35,073 nucleotides of DNA from Candidatus Peregrinibacteria bacterium Greene1014_49 (lineage in GTDB: Bacteria; Patescibacteriota; Gracilibacteria; Peribacterales; Peribacteraceae), in contig VMGQ01000010.1 of assembly GCA_007376635.1 (NCBI GenBank), positions 1-35,073 on the forward strand, read 5' to 3'. Made by a program: the position numbers and the translations under genes. Positions 18,172 to 26,414 of this stretch are shown piece by piece; position 1 is the stretch's first letter; every line of letters begins with the position of its first letter. The notes beneath the pieces were generated by a model. It had not been told where the DNA came from and did no database searches. It saw only the letters and a program-made list of their open reading frames with translations.

Positions 18172-20767
18172 ATCGCACAATCCCAATCCGATCCTCTATT
18201 TCCTGATCGACAAACACCTTCTTTCTTCCATATTTCATTCTGCTGTATTCCTTAATGAGCGCCGCAAGCTTTTCGTTGCGCGTGGATTCGTCGTAGATGG
18301 TGGCAAGCGAGAAAGCACGTGAGGTAACGTTATTGATATTGAGCTTGCAGTAGCAGTTGAAGTTCGGGATACCGATAGCATCTTGATCGGAGATAGCTGG
18401 TGCCATTTCCTTTGCCATGTATTCAGCGTCTTCCGCACCGATCTTGAAACTCATGATCGTACCGACGTTACCGAAGACTGCATCGCGCATCTTCGTACCT
18501 GCCTGGCCGTAGGCTTCGGTTTTCCCGACGAGCTGCCCGATGTACTGGTGCGCCATGATGAGCGCTAGCTCGTACTTGCGCGCCTCAGAGAGGATCGTGG
18601 CAAAAGCGTCCGTAACGAAATTTTGGAACTCGTCGACGTAGAGGTAGAAACGACGACGCTGCGTACGGGGGATATCTGCCCTGCTCATGGCAGCCATATT
18701 CACTTTATTCACAAAGATCAATCCGAGGAGCTGTGCGTTTACGTCGCCGATCTTTCCCTTGCTGAGGTTTACCAGAAGTACCTTGCCTGTGTCCATAATT
18801 TCGCGGATGTTGAAGGCGGACTTCGGCTGGCCGATAATATTACGCATCGTGGTATTCGTGATGAAAGGACCGAACTTCGCACTGAAGTATGGAATCATCT
18901 CCTCCTTTTCGCGCTGCCCTGTCTTCGCGATTTCATGCTCCCAGAAACTCCGCACGACGACATTTTTGCACTTGGCTACTTTATATTTCTGGAATTCCTC
19001 GTCGACGAAGAGGCGCGGCACGTCGATGAGGGTCGCACCTTCCTCCTCATCGTCCATTAATGTCAGACAGCCGTTGCGGAAGTAGTGCTGGATGCGCGGA
19101 CCGAAGATTTCATTGCCAAAGAGTTTGAGAAAGATTTCCATGGCATCGAGCGATGCGCGATCCTTCTCTTCCATGGTTTTTGCCTCAAGAAGATTTAAAC
19201 CCATTGGACGTTGGCCATCAGAGGGATCGAAGACAATGATGTCTTTCGCGCGCTCCTTCGGGGTATGAGCGAGAGCATCCTCGATAAGATCCCCGTGGGG
19301 ATCCACGATGCAGAGCCCTTCACCATTGGCGATATCTTGTCGCGACATCCAGCTGATAAGCGAAGATTTTCCACAACCAGATTTTCCGATAATGTACTGA
19401 TGTCGCGTTCGATCGCCACCGCGAAAACGGATGGGCGTCTCGACTGCTCGGTAGCGGTTATAGCCCAGGAGAACGCCCTCCGTTGGAGCGTCCGGCGGAG
19501 GAGGAAGTACGCGGTAGGTAATCCACTGAATGATAGGGATCTTGTTATAACGGCTGTCGGGGAAATGGTAGAGTCCGGCAAGCTCCTTCTCCGTCATCAT
19601 GCAGTCTTTGTGCAGGAAACAGTTTATGCGATTTTTCCAAAGCCAGTGGATAATTGGCCCATTGATTGCATGCGGAAGAAAATCTATAAACATGCGCTTA
19701 TTCACGAGCACATTTCCATAGAGATCCTTGAATGCATTGAAAGCGACTTGGATATTATTCGTGAGCTCGTTGGCGCGCTGCGCACTCTTTGAAGAAGTCA
19801 TGATACGGATGGAGGCATGGTAGAAACTCATTCCCCCTTTTTCTGCCATGCGCTTGTACAGCTCCTCTTCGGGCTGAACCATACGCACAAAAGAGTCACC
19901 GCCTTTTGCACCGGGAGCATTGGTGCCTGTCGCAAAATCCGCAAAGCCGCTCAAGAGGAAACCGATGATCGGAACATGGGCAAAGAGCCCCTCTTTCTTC
20001 CCTTTGAATCCGGAACTCGCGGCACGTTTGGTGACCTTGTTCCACTTCTTGCGAATTGCGGGAGTGAGCACGATCTGTATGGATGCGACTTCGTCACGTT
20101 CCATTTTGGAAAGGACGTTGGCAAGACCATTCAAGGGATCATCCTGCATGAGCTCGTACGTACGAAGCGGAAAACAAAATTTCTTCTGAAATTTCATATA
20201 ATACCCGACAAGGCTGTAGCCTTTGGGCTTCACTTCAGGGGTCTTTTCGAGAGTGACTTCTGCGTCGGAATAGAACGCCGTGATCTGCTTTTCCACGATA
20301 GAGACGAGCCTCGGATGCGTAACAACATAAAAACTAAGCAACCCTTTATCCACATACATTTCAAAACTAATACGGATGTCTCTCGTGATCCAAAAATAGA
20401 ATGTCTGCCAGAAATCGAGATTGCGCACTTCCCAGAGCGCACGATAGAGCTGCTCCATCACGGCGACTTTTTCTTTGAAATCCTTCTCGGTGCGCTTCTC
20501 CTGGTCGAGCTTCGTATCGGATCGCGGCAGTATCACCTTCATGGAAACAAGATTGCGGCTCTGGTACCACGCGAAGGTAAACCGTGCCTCGAACTTGATG
20601 AAAGCCCAGGCAAAATAGAGCGAAACCAGAAATAGCGTCTTATCCATCGGATCTGTGCGATACCACTCCCAGATGTCGATCCAGATATGGGCATTCACGA
20701 TCGTCGTAGAGAGGACAACAACAATCCAGAGAACCGGCCAGAAGAGGATGCGGAGGAGTACGAGCAC
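18170..20767 (-). CDS. membrane-anchored VirD4/TrwB/HerA-like ATPase (CPR-type T4SS coupling-protein-like)
   Basis: Two N-terminal TM segments; RTRHQYIIGKSGCGKS Walker A, IVDPHGDL, LLVNLSKG, LYVDEFQNF Walker B, LSEARKY, AHQY, FGNVGT. Confidence 0.88.
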   Translation of the reverse strand: MLVLLRILFWPVLWIVVVLSTTIVNAHIWIDIWEWYRTDPMDKTLFLVSLYFAWAFIKFEARFTFAWYQSRNLVSMKVILPRSDTKLDQEKRTEKDFKEKVAVMEQLYRALWEVRNLDFWQTFYFWITRDIRISFEMYVDKGLLSFYVVTHPRLVSIVEKQITAFYSDAEVTLEKTPEVKPKGYSLVGYYMKFQKKFCFPLRTYELMQDDPLNGLANVLSKMERDEVASIQIVLTPAIRKKWNKVTKRAASSGFKGKKEGLFAHVPIIGFLLSGFADFATGTNAPGAKGGDSFVRMVQPEEELYKRMAEKGGMSFYHASIRIMTSSKSAQRANELTNNIQVAFNAFKDLYGNVLVNKRMFIDFLPHAINGPIIHWLWKNRINCFLHKDCMMTEKELAGLYHFPDSRYNKIPIIQWITYRVLPPPPDAPTEGVLLGYNRYRAVETPIRFRGGDRTRHQYIIGKSGCGKSSLISWMSRQDIANGEGLCIVDPHGDLIEDALAHTPKERAKDIIVFDPSDGQRPMGLNLLEAKTMEEKDRASLDAMEIFLKLFGNEIFGPRIQHYFRNGCLTLMDDEEEGATLIDVPRLFVDEEFQKYKVAKCKNVVVRSFWEHEIAKTGQREKEEMIPYFSAKFGPFITNTTMRNIIGQPKSAFNIREIMDTGKVLLVNLSKGKIGDVNAQLLGLIFVNKVNMAAMSRADIPRTQRRRFYLYVDEFQNFVTDAFATILSEARKYELALIMAHQYIGQLVGKTEAYGQAGTKMRDAVFGNVGTIMSFKIGAEDAEYMAKEMAPAISDQDAIGIPNFNCYCKLNINNVTSRAFSLATIYDESTRNEKLAALIKEYSRMKYGRKKVFVDQEIEDRIGIVR

Positions 20768-20820
20768 AGATTCCTAGTATTCTAGCATAAATCCTTGTTT
20801 CTCGGAAGAATGCATACTAC

Positions 20821-20854
20821 AAAAAGCATAGAGTAAAAATCGTCTTTATGCTTT
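20821..20854 (-). terminator. possible weak terminator hairpin after the rlpA-like gene
   Basis: On the minus strand AAAGCATAAAG-loop-CTCTATGCTTTTT; AT-rich stem. Confidence 0.35.
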
Positions 20855-21974
20855 ATGCATTTTGCTGTTGGCACTCAATGGCCTCCATCCGCATCTGCCT
20901 CTTGATCCCCTGCGCCGTCGCAAACATAAACACGTATTCCCCCGGCTCTGCAGGGTTAAACGTGAATTGTTCCTCCGGGGATACCCAATCCTGCATCCGA
21001 ACGAAGTGACCATCGGGATAGGTAACACCCCGCACAACAAACCACCGGTTTGCTTTTAAGACAAGCAGAGATCCCGCAGCGAGGCGGTGGGGAATGCCGC
21101 GCTGAAATCGGACGTCCCTGGTGAGACGCTGCTGGAATCTTGGAACTTCCGTTATTTCTTGGCTTACAGAAAGTGAGCATCCGGAGACAAGCGTCGCATC
21201 TCCAAGACGCTGGAAGCGTGCGCGGATAACGCCCTTGGATCGCTCGGCAATCGATGTGAATGCCGCGACGCTCAAATCCATGTCGCGTCCGTCCACGTAC
21301 GGACCGCGATCATTGATCCGCACAGTGACGCTTTTTTCATTCTCCACGTTGGTCACTTTCACGAGAGTATTCTGGGGAAAACTCCGATGTGCCGCCGTGA
21401 TCGCATACATATCAAACGTCTCGCCGAATGCCGTTCCCTGGCCATGGAACTGCTCACCGTACAGACTAACTTCGTGGACTTCCTCTGACAATTTTTGATC
21501 GAGGGAGCGCATAAGAGCGAGAAGTTCCTCAGATGAAACGATCTCCGACAAGGTTGACCCAGTAGCGGAAGATCGCGATCTTCCGCTATCAGACATGAGG
21601 GAATATCGCTCCATCAATGAGGACAGATGCTCGCGCTGCATTTCCGGAAGCTCCGCGATATTGCGCGTGCGATAGAGCCAGAGGAGTGCATCTTCGAGTG
21701 TGAGAGAATCATCCGGGTAAAATGCTCCATCACCCGGACTCTTCGAAGAAGAATCTCCATCAAGTAAACCCCTGTTCTTCGCGTAGGTGATTTCAAGGAA
21801 TCCCCTGTCCCCTTCGGGTACATCGGAAAACGGCTGTTCGCGCGTTTCGTATGCAGCACGGTTGATGCTCTGCCAGAGCAGAAGAAATCCGTCGCGACGA
21901 GTGATGCCTTCCGCAGCAAAGGCTTGCGGAATACCGAGAATCAGCATGGTAAAAATCGCAAGGAGATTCTTCAC
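20853..21974 (-). CDS. secreted RlpA-family lytic transglycosylase with N-terminal SLH-like domain
   Basis: Signal peptide ending AFA; ITRRD...PFSDVP...GLLDG...FYPDDSLT SLH-like; SLYGEQFHG..TAFGE.FDM...TAAHR.FP..T.VKVTN...V.VRINDRGPY...MDLS DPBB_1 domain. Confidence 0.88.
   Translation of the reverse strand: MKNLLAIFTMLILGIPQAFAAEGITRRDGFLLLWQSINRAAYETREQPFSDVPEGDRGFLEITYAKNRGLLDGDSSSKSPGDGAFYPDDSLTLEDALLWLYRTRNIAELPEMQREHLSSLMERYSLMSDSGRSRSSATGSTLSEIVSSEELLALMRSLDQKLSEEVHEVSLYGEQFHGQGTAFGETFDMYAITAAHRSFPQNTLVKVTNVENEKSVTVRINDRGPYVDGRDMDLSVAAFTSIAERSKGVIRARFQRLGDATLVSGCSLSVSQEITEVPRFQQRLTRDVRFQRGIPHRLAAGSLLVLKANRWFVVRGVTYPDGHFVRMQDWVSPEEQFTFNPAEPGEYVFMFATAQGIKRQMRMEAIECQQQNA
21562..21588. 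repeat. perfect 26-bp GTAG-type palindrome inside the rlpA-like coding sequence
   Basis: G-TAGCGGAAGATCGCGATCTTCCGCTA; 21563-21588 is its own reverse complement. Confidence 0.8.
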
Positions 21975-22012
21975 GTCTAAATAGTCTCAGAAAAATGGGA
22001 AATTATCTATTG

Positions 22013-23383
22013 CTAGAGAGCTTTCCATCCTTCCGCACGCACAATCCGATATGCCTTCGTTCTCTCTTCTCTCCGCAAACTCTGCAATGTTTCCGGACCT
22101 ACCGATCCCGCTCCATCATCAGTTTCTGTAGCGACGATTCCCTGTGCCACTTGATAATCGAAGACTGCCTCTCGGGTGAGAGAACCGAAGTTGCCATTGA
22201 TCTTGTTCTCGGGGAAATAACCACGCTCCGTAAGCAGATGCTGGAGAAGACGAACGTAGGGACCGGTGTGTCCTTCCGTGAGAAACATATCGAGTGATTC
22301 GCCGCGTTCTTGCATGAGTTTTTCCACTGCATGCACCGTCATGTATTTATCTGCACGAACGGCTACGAGTCGGCGGTTCCATTCGGTTTGCATCGCACGC
22401 TTCGTAAGAGGTCCTATACGCCCTGCACCCGGATCGATCGCCGTTCCCACAAGTCCCTTCTCCTGTTGGAAGCGAAGAATGGCATCATGCAGAGTAAGAG
22501 AATACAAGCCATCCGTTCGTCCTTCGTAATACCCAAGAAACCGGAGAATGCGCTGCGCTTGAGAAACTGCATTCTCGTTACTTTCCATATCGACAATGCC
22601 ATCAATAGGGAGGATGGCATCGCTACGCCGTGATGCCGCAAGAAGAAATGCTGCCGTATGTTCCGTGAGTCGATCCGTAGATTCATGAAGAACAAAATCA
22701 CTGACAAATCTCTTCAGAGCCTCCTCCGTATCCGGACCAAAGTATCCCGAAGATGCGCGATCAAAATACCCGGCACTCCGCAGATGATCTTGAAGGATTG
22801 CTGCAGAGAGATTGCGATCGCCTGCTTTCGGCGTGAGCGCGAGCAAATTTTCAGACTCAACCCCAAAGGGCGTGAGCCTCTGAAAAGGGGCTGGAAGCCT
22901 TGCGAGGTCAAAATCATTTTGGGGCTGTCTCGATCCGAGCGGATACACCGTTCCGCGGATATGCTGCACGCCGAAGGCAAGAGCACGTGCAAGTCCTTCT
23001 TCACCGTGCCCCACCCAAACATCGAGCCTGTGCGCATGGGAATGGAGAACCTGGATCGCTCCACCACGGTCATGAACGGTAAGTGTACCCAGCCCCGGCA
23101 AGACGACATCTGTGCCGAATGCATAGGATGGAGGAGCCGCGAGCATACCCGGATACACCGCCGTTCCATCGGCCGCCGTGTGTCCTTCGCCATTCAAGAT
23201 TTTATCGGCTTCGTAGCCTCCTCGAACGTAGCAACATTGTCCCGGCAGCGGCGAGTAGTAAGCTGTCAGAATGAACTCTTGTTCGTAGGGAGCTGTGGGG
23301 TCGATACCTACGACATTGGTCGGAGCGATGATCGCAACGAGAGCAATCACTGCGCGAACACGGAGAGGAATTTTGTTTTTCAT
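22013..23383 (-). CDS. 3D-domain protein with multiple peptidoglycan-binding (PG_binding_1) repeats
   Basis: Signal peptide; LTAYYS...TADG...FGT.V...VHDRGGAI...LDVW 3D domain; three repeats of LQ..L...GY...G.FG..T..A...FQ. Confidence 0.85.
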   Translation of the reverse strand: MKNKIPLRVRAVIALVAIIAPTNVVGIDPTAPYEQEFILTAYYSPLPGQCCYVRGGYEADKILNGEGHTAADGTAVYPGMLAAPPSYAFGTDVVLPGLGTLTVHDRGGAIQVLHSHAHRLDVWVGHGEEGLARALAFGVQHIRGTVYPLGSRQPQNDFDLARLPAPFQRLTPFGVESENLLALTPKAGDRNLSAAILQDHLRSAGYFDRASSGYFGPDTEEALKRFVSDFVLHESTDRLTEHTAAFLLAASRRSDAILPIDGIVDMESNENAVSQAQRILRFLGYYEGRTDGLYSLTLHDAILRFQQEKGLVGTAIDPGAGRIGPLTKRAMQTEWNRRLVAVRADKYMTVHAVEKLMQERGESLDMFLTEGHTGPYVRLLQHLLTERGYFPENKINGNFGSLTREAVFDYQVAQGIVATETDDGAGSVGPETLQSLRREERTKAYRIVRAEGWKAL

Positions 23384-23433
23384 GTTTCTCGCTATTCTAG
23401 CAAATTTTACAGGGTTGGTCTGTAAGGTTTGGT

Positions 23434-24429
23434 TTACTCAACAATAATCTCCTCCTCCACCCGCATCCCGAACCTCCCCGGAAAGTACACCCCTGGCTCT
23501 ATCGTAATAATTTCCCCTTTCAATAATTTCCGATCCGGGGCTTTTTTCGAAAGCGTCGACCCTTCGTGGATTTCTAAGCCGACTCCATGCCCGAGTGCGT
23601 GACAGAAAAATTCCTCGTAGCCATAGCTCTTCAATACTTCGCGTGCTATGGAATCCAAATCTCGCACCGAGACACCCGGTTTGAGCTTGGCTATCGCCTC
23701 ATCCTTGGCTTCACATATTGCGGTAAATACTCTGCTCTGAATCGGCGTCGGTTTCCCTGTGAAAAATACTGCACTCTGATCGGCGCAATATCCCCTGTAC
23801 TTCGCTCCACAGTCGATCTGGACGATGTGACCCTGTTTGAGCATACGACCCGTAGGTTTATGATGCGGACTGCTCGTATGGGTACCAAATGCAACAATAG
23901 GATCGAAGGAAAGCCCTTCCGCTCCCAGCTCCCTCGCCCATACCTGTAGCTGCCATGCGAGATCAATCTCACGAATAGGACACTTCAGAAGAGAAGGCAC
24001 GCGACGAATCATTTCGCGCGTAATGCGCTGTGCACGACGAAATTTCGCGAGTTCTTCAGGATCCTTACTTCTCCGAAACTCGGCAATGAGGCCTGAAGTA
24101 TGAACAAATTTTGTGTTCTTAAATTTTGCCTTCCACCTATGGAATCTTTCGATAGAGAGTCCTTCATCTTCGATGCCACATATACGTACACGTTTCATTG
24201 CTGCATCGATGGCGGCACCGTCTTTGACCGAGATCCCCCGATAAACGCTGCGGGAAGCCACTTCGATGTAACGACCATCGGTGAAAAGCGTCATGGTCTT
24301 AGGTTCTAGTAGGAGCAAAGCAGAACTCATGTCTAATCCTGTAAGAAAGCGGATATTGACAAGATTACTGACGAGAAATGCAGGGGTGCCGGATGCATCA
24401 AGTATTGCCGATGGACGTTTGGGGCGCAT
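23434..24429 (-). CDS. Xaa-Pro aminopeptidase/dipeptidase (M24B)
   Basis: NIRFLTG, TDGRY, SFDPIVAFG...PHH, IDCGA, YCAD, HALGHGVGLEIHE, TIEPGVY, GMRVEE; start at ATG 24429 supported by TATACT 6 nt upstream. Confidence 0.92.
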   Translation of the reverse strand: MRPKRPSAILDASGTPAFLVSNLVNIRFLTGLDMSSALLLLEPKTMTLFTDGRYIEVASRSVYRGISVKDGAAIDAAMKRVRICGIEDEGLSIERFHRWKAKFKNTKFVHTSGLIAEFRRSKDPEELAKFRRAQRITREMIRRVPSLLKCPIREIDLAWQLQVWARELGAEGLSFDPIVAFGTHTSSPHHKPTGRMLKQGHIVQIDCGAKYRGYCADQSAVFFTGKPTPIQSRVFTAICEAKDEAIAKLKPGVSVRDLDSIAREVLKSYGYEEFFCHALGHGVGLEIHEGSTLSKKAPDRKLLKGEIITIEPGVYFPGRFGMRVEEEIIVE

Positions 24430-24479
24430 GGGGGAAGTATACATTGTCTCAAACCCCAAAATCTGCTATCATTGTGGGA

Positions 24480-26405
24480 ATGCTCCGAATATTCCTCGCT
24501 ACCCATCGGATCCGGCGTTCCACCCGTGCAATCAGGAAGATTGCCTCTACGTGCGCGATTCTCTTTGGTCTCGGTATCCTGACACTCGCGCAGGCTTCGG
24601 TCTACTCAGGACCTGGCATTGACTCCGGAGTCACCACAGCACAAACGACCATCCCCGGTGTATCGGCAACGGCTCCATCGGGCGTCATTAACAGTATCAT
24701 CACCCAGGCGATTTCGTATTCGAACATCCTCGCCTTCGCAGTCATTGTGATCGCCGGGTTCTACCTGATTCTTGGACTCGGCAACGAGACATCAAAAGAA
24801 ACAGCGAGGAAGATTATTCTCTACACCGGTGTCGGACTCGTAATCATCAATCTTGCAGCTGGCATCCGCGATTTCCTCGAGGGCGTCGGCCCGGGAACCA
24901 GCGCATCTGGAGGCGCAACTGCGCTTGATGCAGCCATCAACACCATCATCGGTGTCTTCACGAGTTACACAGGTCTGCTCGCATTTGGCGTCATTTCGAT
25001 CGCCGCGTTCTACCTGATCCTCGGACTGGGAAATGAAAGTTCGAAAGGAACAGCGAGGAGCATCATTCTCTATACCGGCATCGGCCTCGTGATCATGAGT
25101 GTTACCGCCGCTATCAGAAATTTCCTACAAGGTATCGCTACGGGAACCAGTACATCCGGAGGCTCGACGGCTCTTGACGTGATCATCAACGGAATCATCG
25201 GTGTCTTCACGAGTTACACAGGTCTCCTCGCTTTCGCAGTCATTGTGATCGCCGGGTTCTACCTCATTCTGGGACTGGGCAATGAAAGTTCGAAAGGAAC
25301 AGCGAGGAACATCGTTCTCTACACCGGCATCGGCCTCGTGATCATCAGTCTTGCACCTGCCATCCGCAATTTCTTCTTCAGCATCAATGCGGGAACAAGC
25401 GGATTCGGAGGCTCAACGAGTCTCAATTTGGCTATTAATGCCATCATCAATACGTTTAAGAGTTACGTCGGGATTCTTGCTCTTGCGGTCATCATCATTG
25501 CTGGTTTCTACCTGATCCTTGGACTCGGTAACGAAAGCTCAAAAGGAACAGCGAGGAACATCATCCTCTATACCGGCATCGGCCTCATCATCATCAATCT
25601 CGCAGTCGCCATCACTGCATTCCTCGGAGGCATCGTCACGAGTGGTGCCGGCACCAGTACCAGCGGAGCTGGAGGCACAACAGGTCTTGACGTGGCAATC
25701 GACACTATCATCGGCGTCCTCAAGAGTTACGTCGGAATTCTTGCGCTCGCGATGATCGTGATTGCCGGATTCTACCTGATCCTGGGACTCGGTAATGAAA
25801 GTTCGAAAGGAACAGCAAGGAGCATCATTATTTATACTGGCGTCGGGCTTATTATTATTACGCTCGGAGTCGGCATTCGCAATTTCCTTGGAGGTATCGT
25901 GACGAATGCTGCCGGCGGCAGTACCAGCGGATTCGGTGGCTTGACGGGTCTGAACGTGGCTATTAATGCCATCATCGATGTTTTCACAAGTTATGTGGGT
26001 CTGCTTGCGGTCGCAGTCATTGTCATCGCCGGATTCTACCTGATCTTGGGACTCGGCAATGAAAGTTCAAAAGGAACAGCGAAGAATATCATTCTCTACA
26101 CAGCTGTCGGCATCATTGTCATCATCCTTGCCAATGTGATTGTCAGCTTCTTCCAGAGTATCCCATCGGGAGTAGATGCCAGTGGCCTCTATGGAACGAT
26201 ACGCACGATTATTGTCTACATCACGACGTTCGCTGCACTCCTTGCGGTAGCCGCAATAGTCATTGGGGGGATCATGCTCATCACAAGCATTGGCGACGAA
26301 GGGCGCAAAGACACAGCAAAGAAAGTCATTCTCTATGCCATCATCGGCCTCTTTGTGATCGCACTCTCTTCAGCATTCGTGCACTTCGTCTTCGACATCT
26401 TCTAA
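24480..26405 (+). CDS. polytopic membrane protein of seven tandem VirB2/TrbC-like (T4SS-pilin-like) units
   Basis: Signal-like N-terminus, then six near-identical units I..II....SY.G.LA...I.IAGFYLILGLGNE.SK.TAR.IILYTG.GL.I and a seventh divergent unit GIMLITSIGDEGRKDTAKKVILYAIIGLFVIALS; start at ATG 24480. Confidence 0.8.
   Translation: MLRIFLATHRIRRSTRAIRKIASTCAILFGLGILTLAQASVYSGPGIDSGVTTAQTTIPGVSATAPSGVINSIITQAISYSNILAFAVIVIAGFYLILGLGNETSKETARKIILYTGVGLVIINLAAGIRDFLEGVGPGTSASGGATALDAAINTIIGVFTSYTGLLAFGVISIAAFYLILGLGNESSKGTARSIILYTGIGLVIMSVTAAIRNFLQGIATGTSTSGGSTALDVIINGIIGVFTSYTGLLAFAVIVIAGFYLILGLGNESSKGTARNIVLYTGIGLVIISLAPAIRNFFFSINAGTSGFGGSTSLNLAINAIINTFKSYVGILALAVIIIAGFYLILGLGNESSKGTARNIILYTGIGLIIINLAVAITAFLGGIVTSGAGTSTSGAGGTTGLDVAIDTIIGVLKSYVGILALAMIVIAGFYLILGLGNESSKGTARSIIIYTGVGLIIITLGVGIRNFLGGIVTNAAGGSTSGFGGLTGLNVAINAIIDVFTSYVGLLAVAVIVIAGFYLILGLGNESSKGTAKNIILYTAVGIIVIILANVIVSFFQSIPSGVDASGLYGTIRTIIVYITTFAALLAVAAIVIGGIMLITSIGDEGRKDTAKKVILYAIIGLFVIALSSAFVHFVFDIF
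24680..26160 (+). repeat. coding tandem repeat, six units of 249-264 bp
   Basis: TTCTACCT anchor at 24759, 25008, 25257, 25506, 25770 and 26034 (spacings 249, 249, 249, 264, 264). Confidence 0.92.
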
Positions 26406-26414
26406 AGACTTTCC

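Noticed and set aside
18049..18186. KGRKGK-rich N-terminal extension of YbaB
   Set aside because: It is the translation of the intergenic 9-mer hairpin; the family match starts at ATG 18048
18170..20767. Conjugative element or ICE
   Set aside because: No relaxase, integrase, att sites or other vir genes seen; flanked by housekeeping genes
24680..26160. Possible CRISPR array or DGR template/variable repeat pair
   Set aside because: Units are 249-264 bp, in frame and protein-coding, with no unique spacers, no obvious adenine-specific variation and no cas or reverse transcriptase gene
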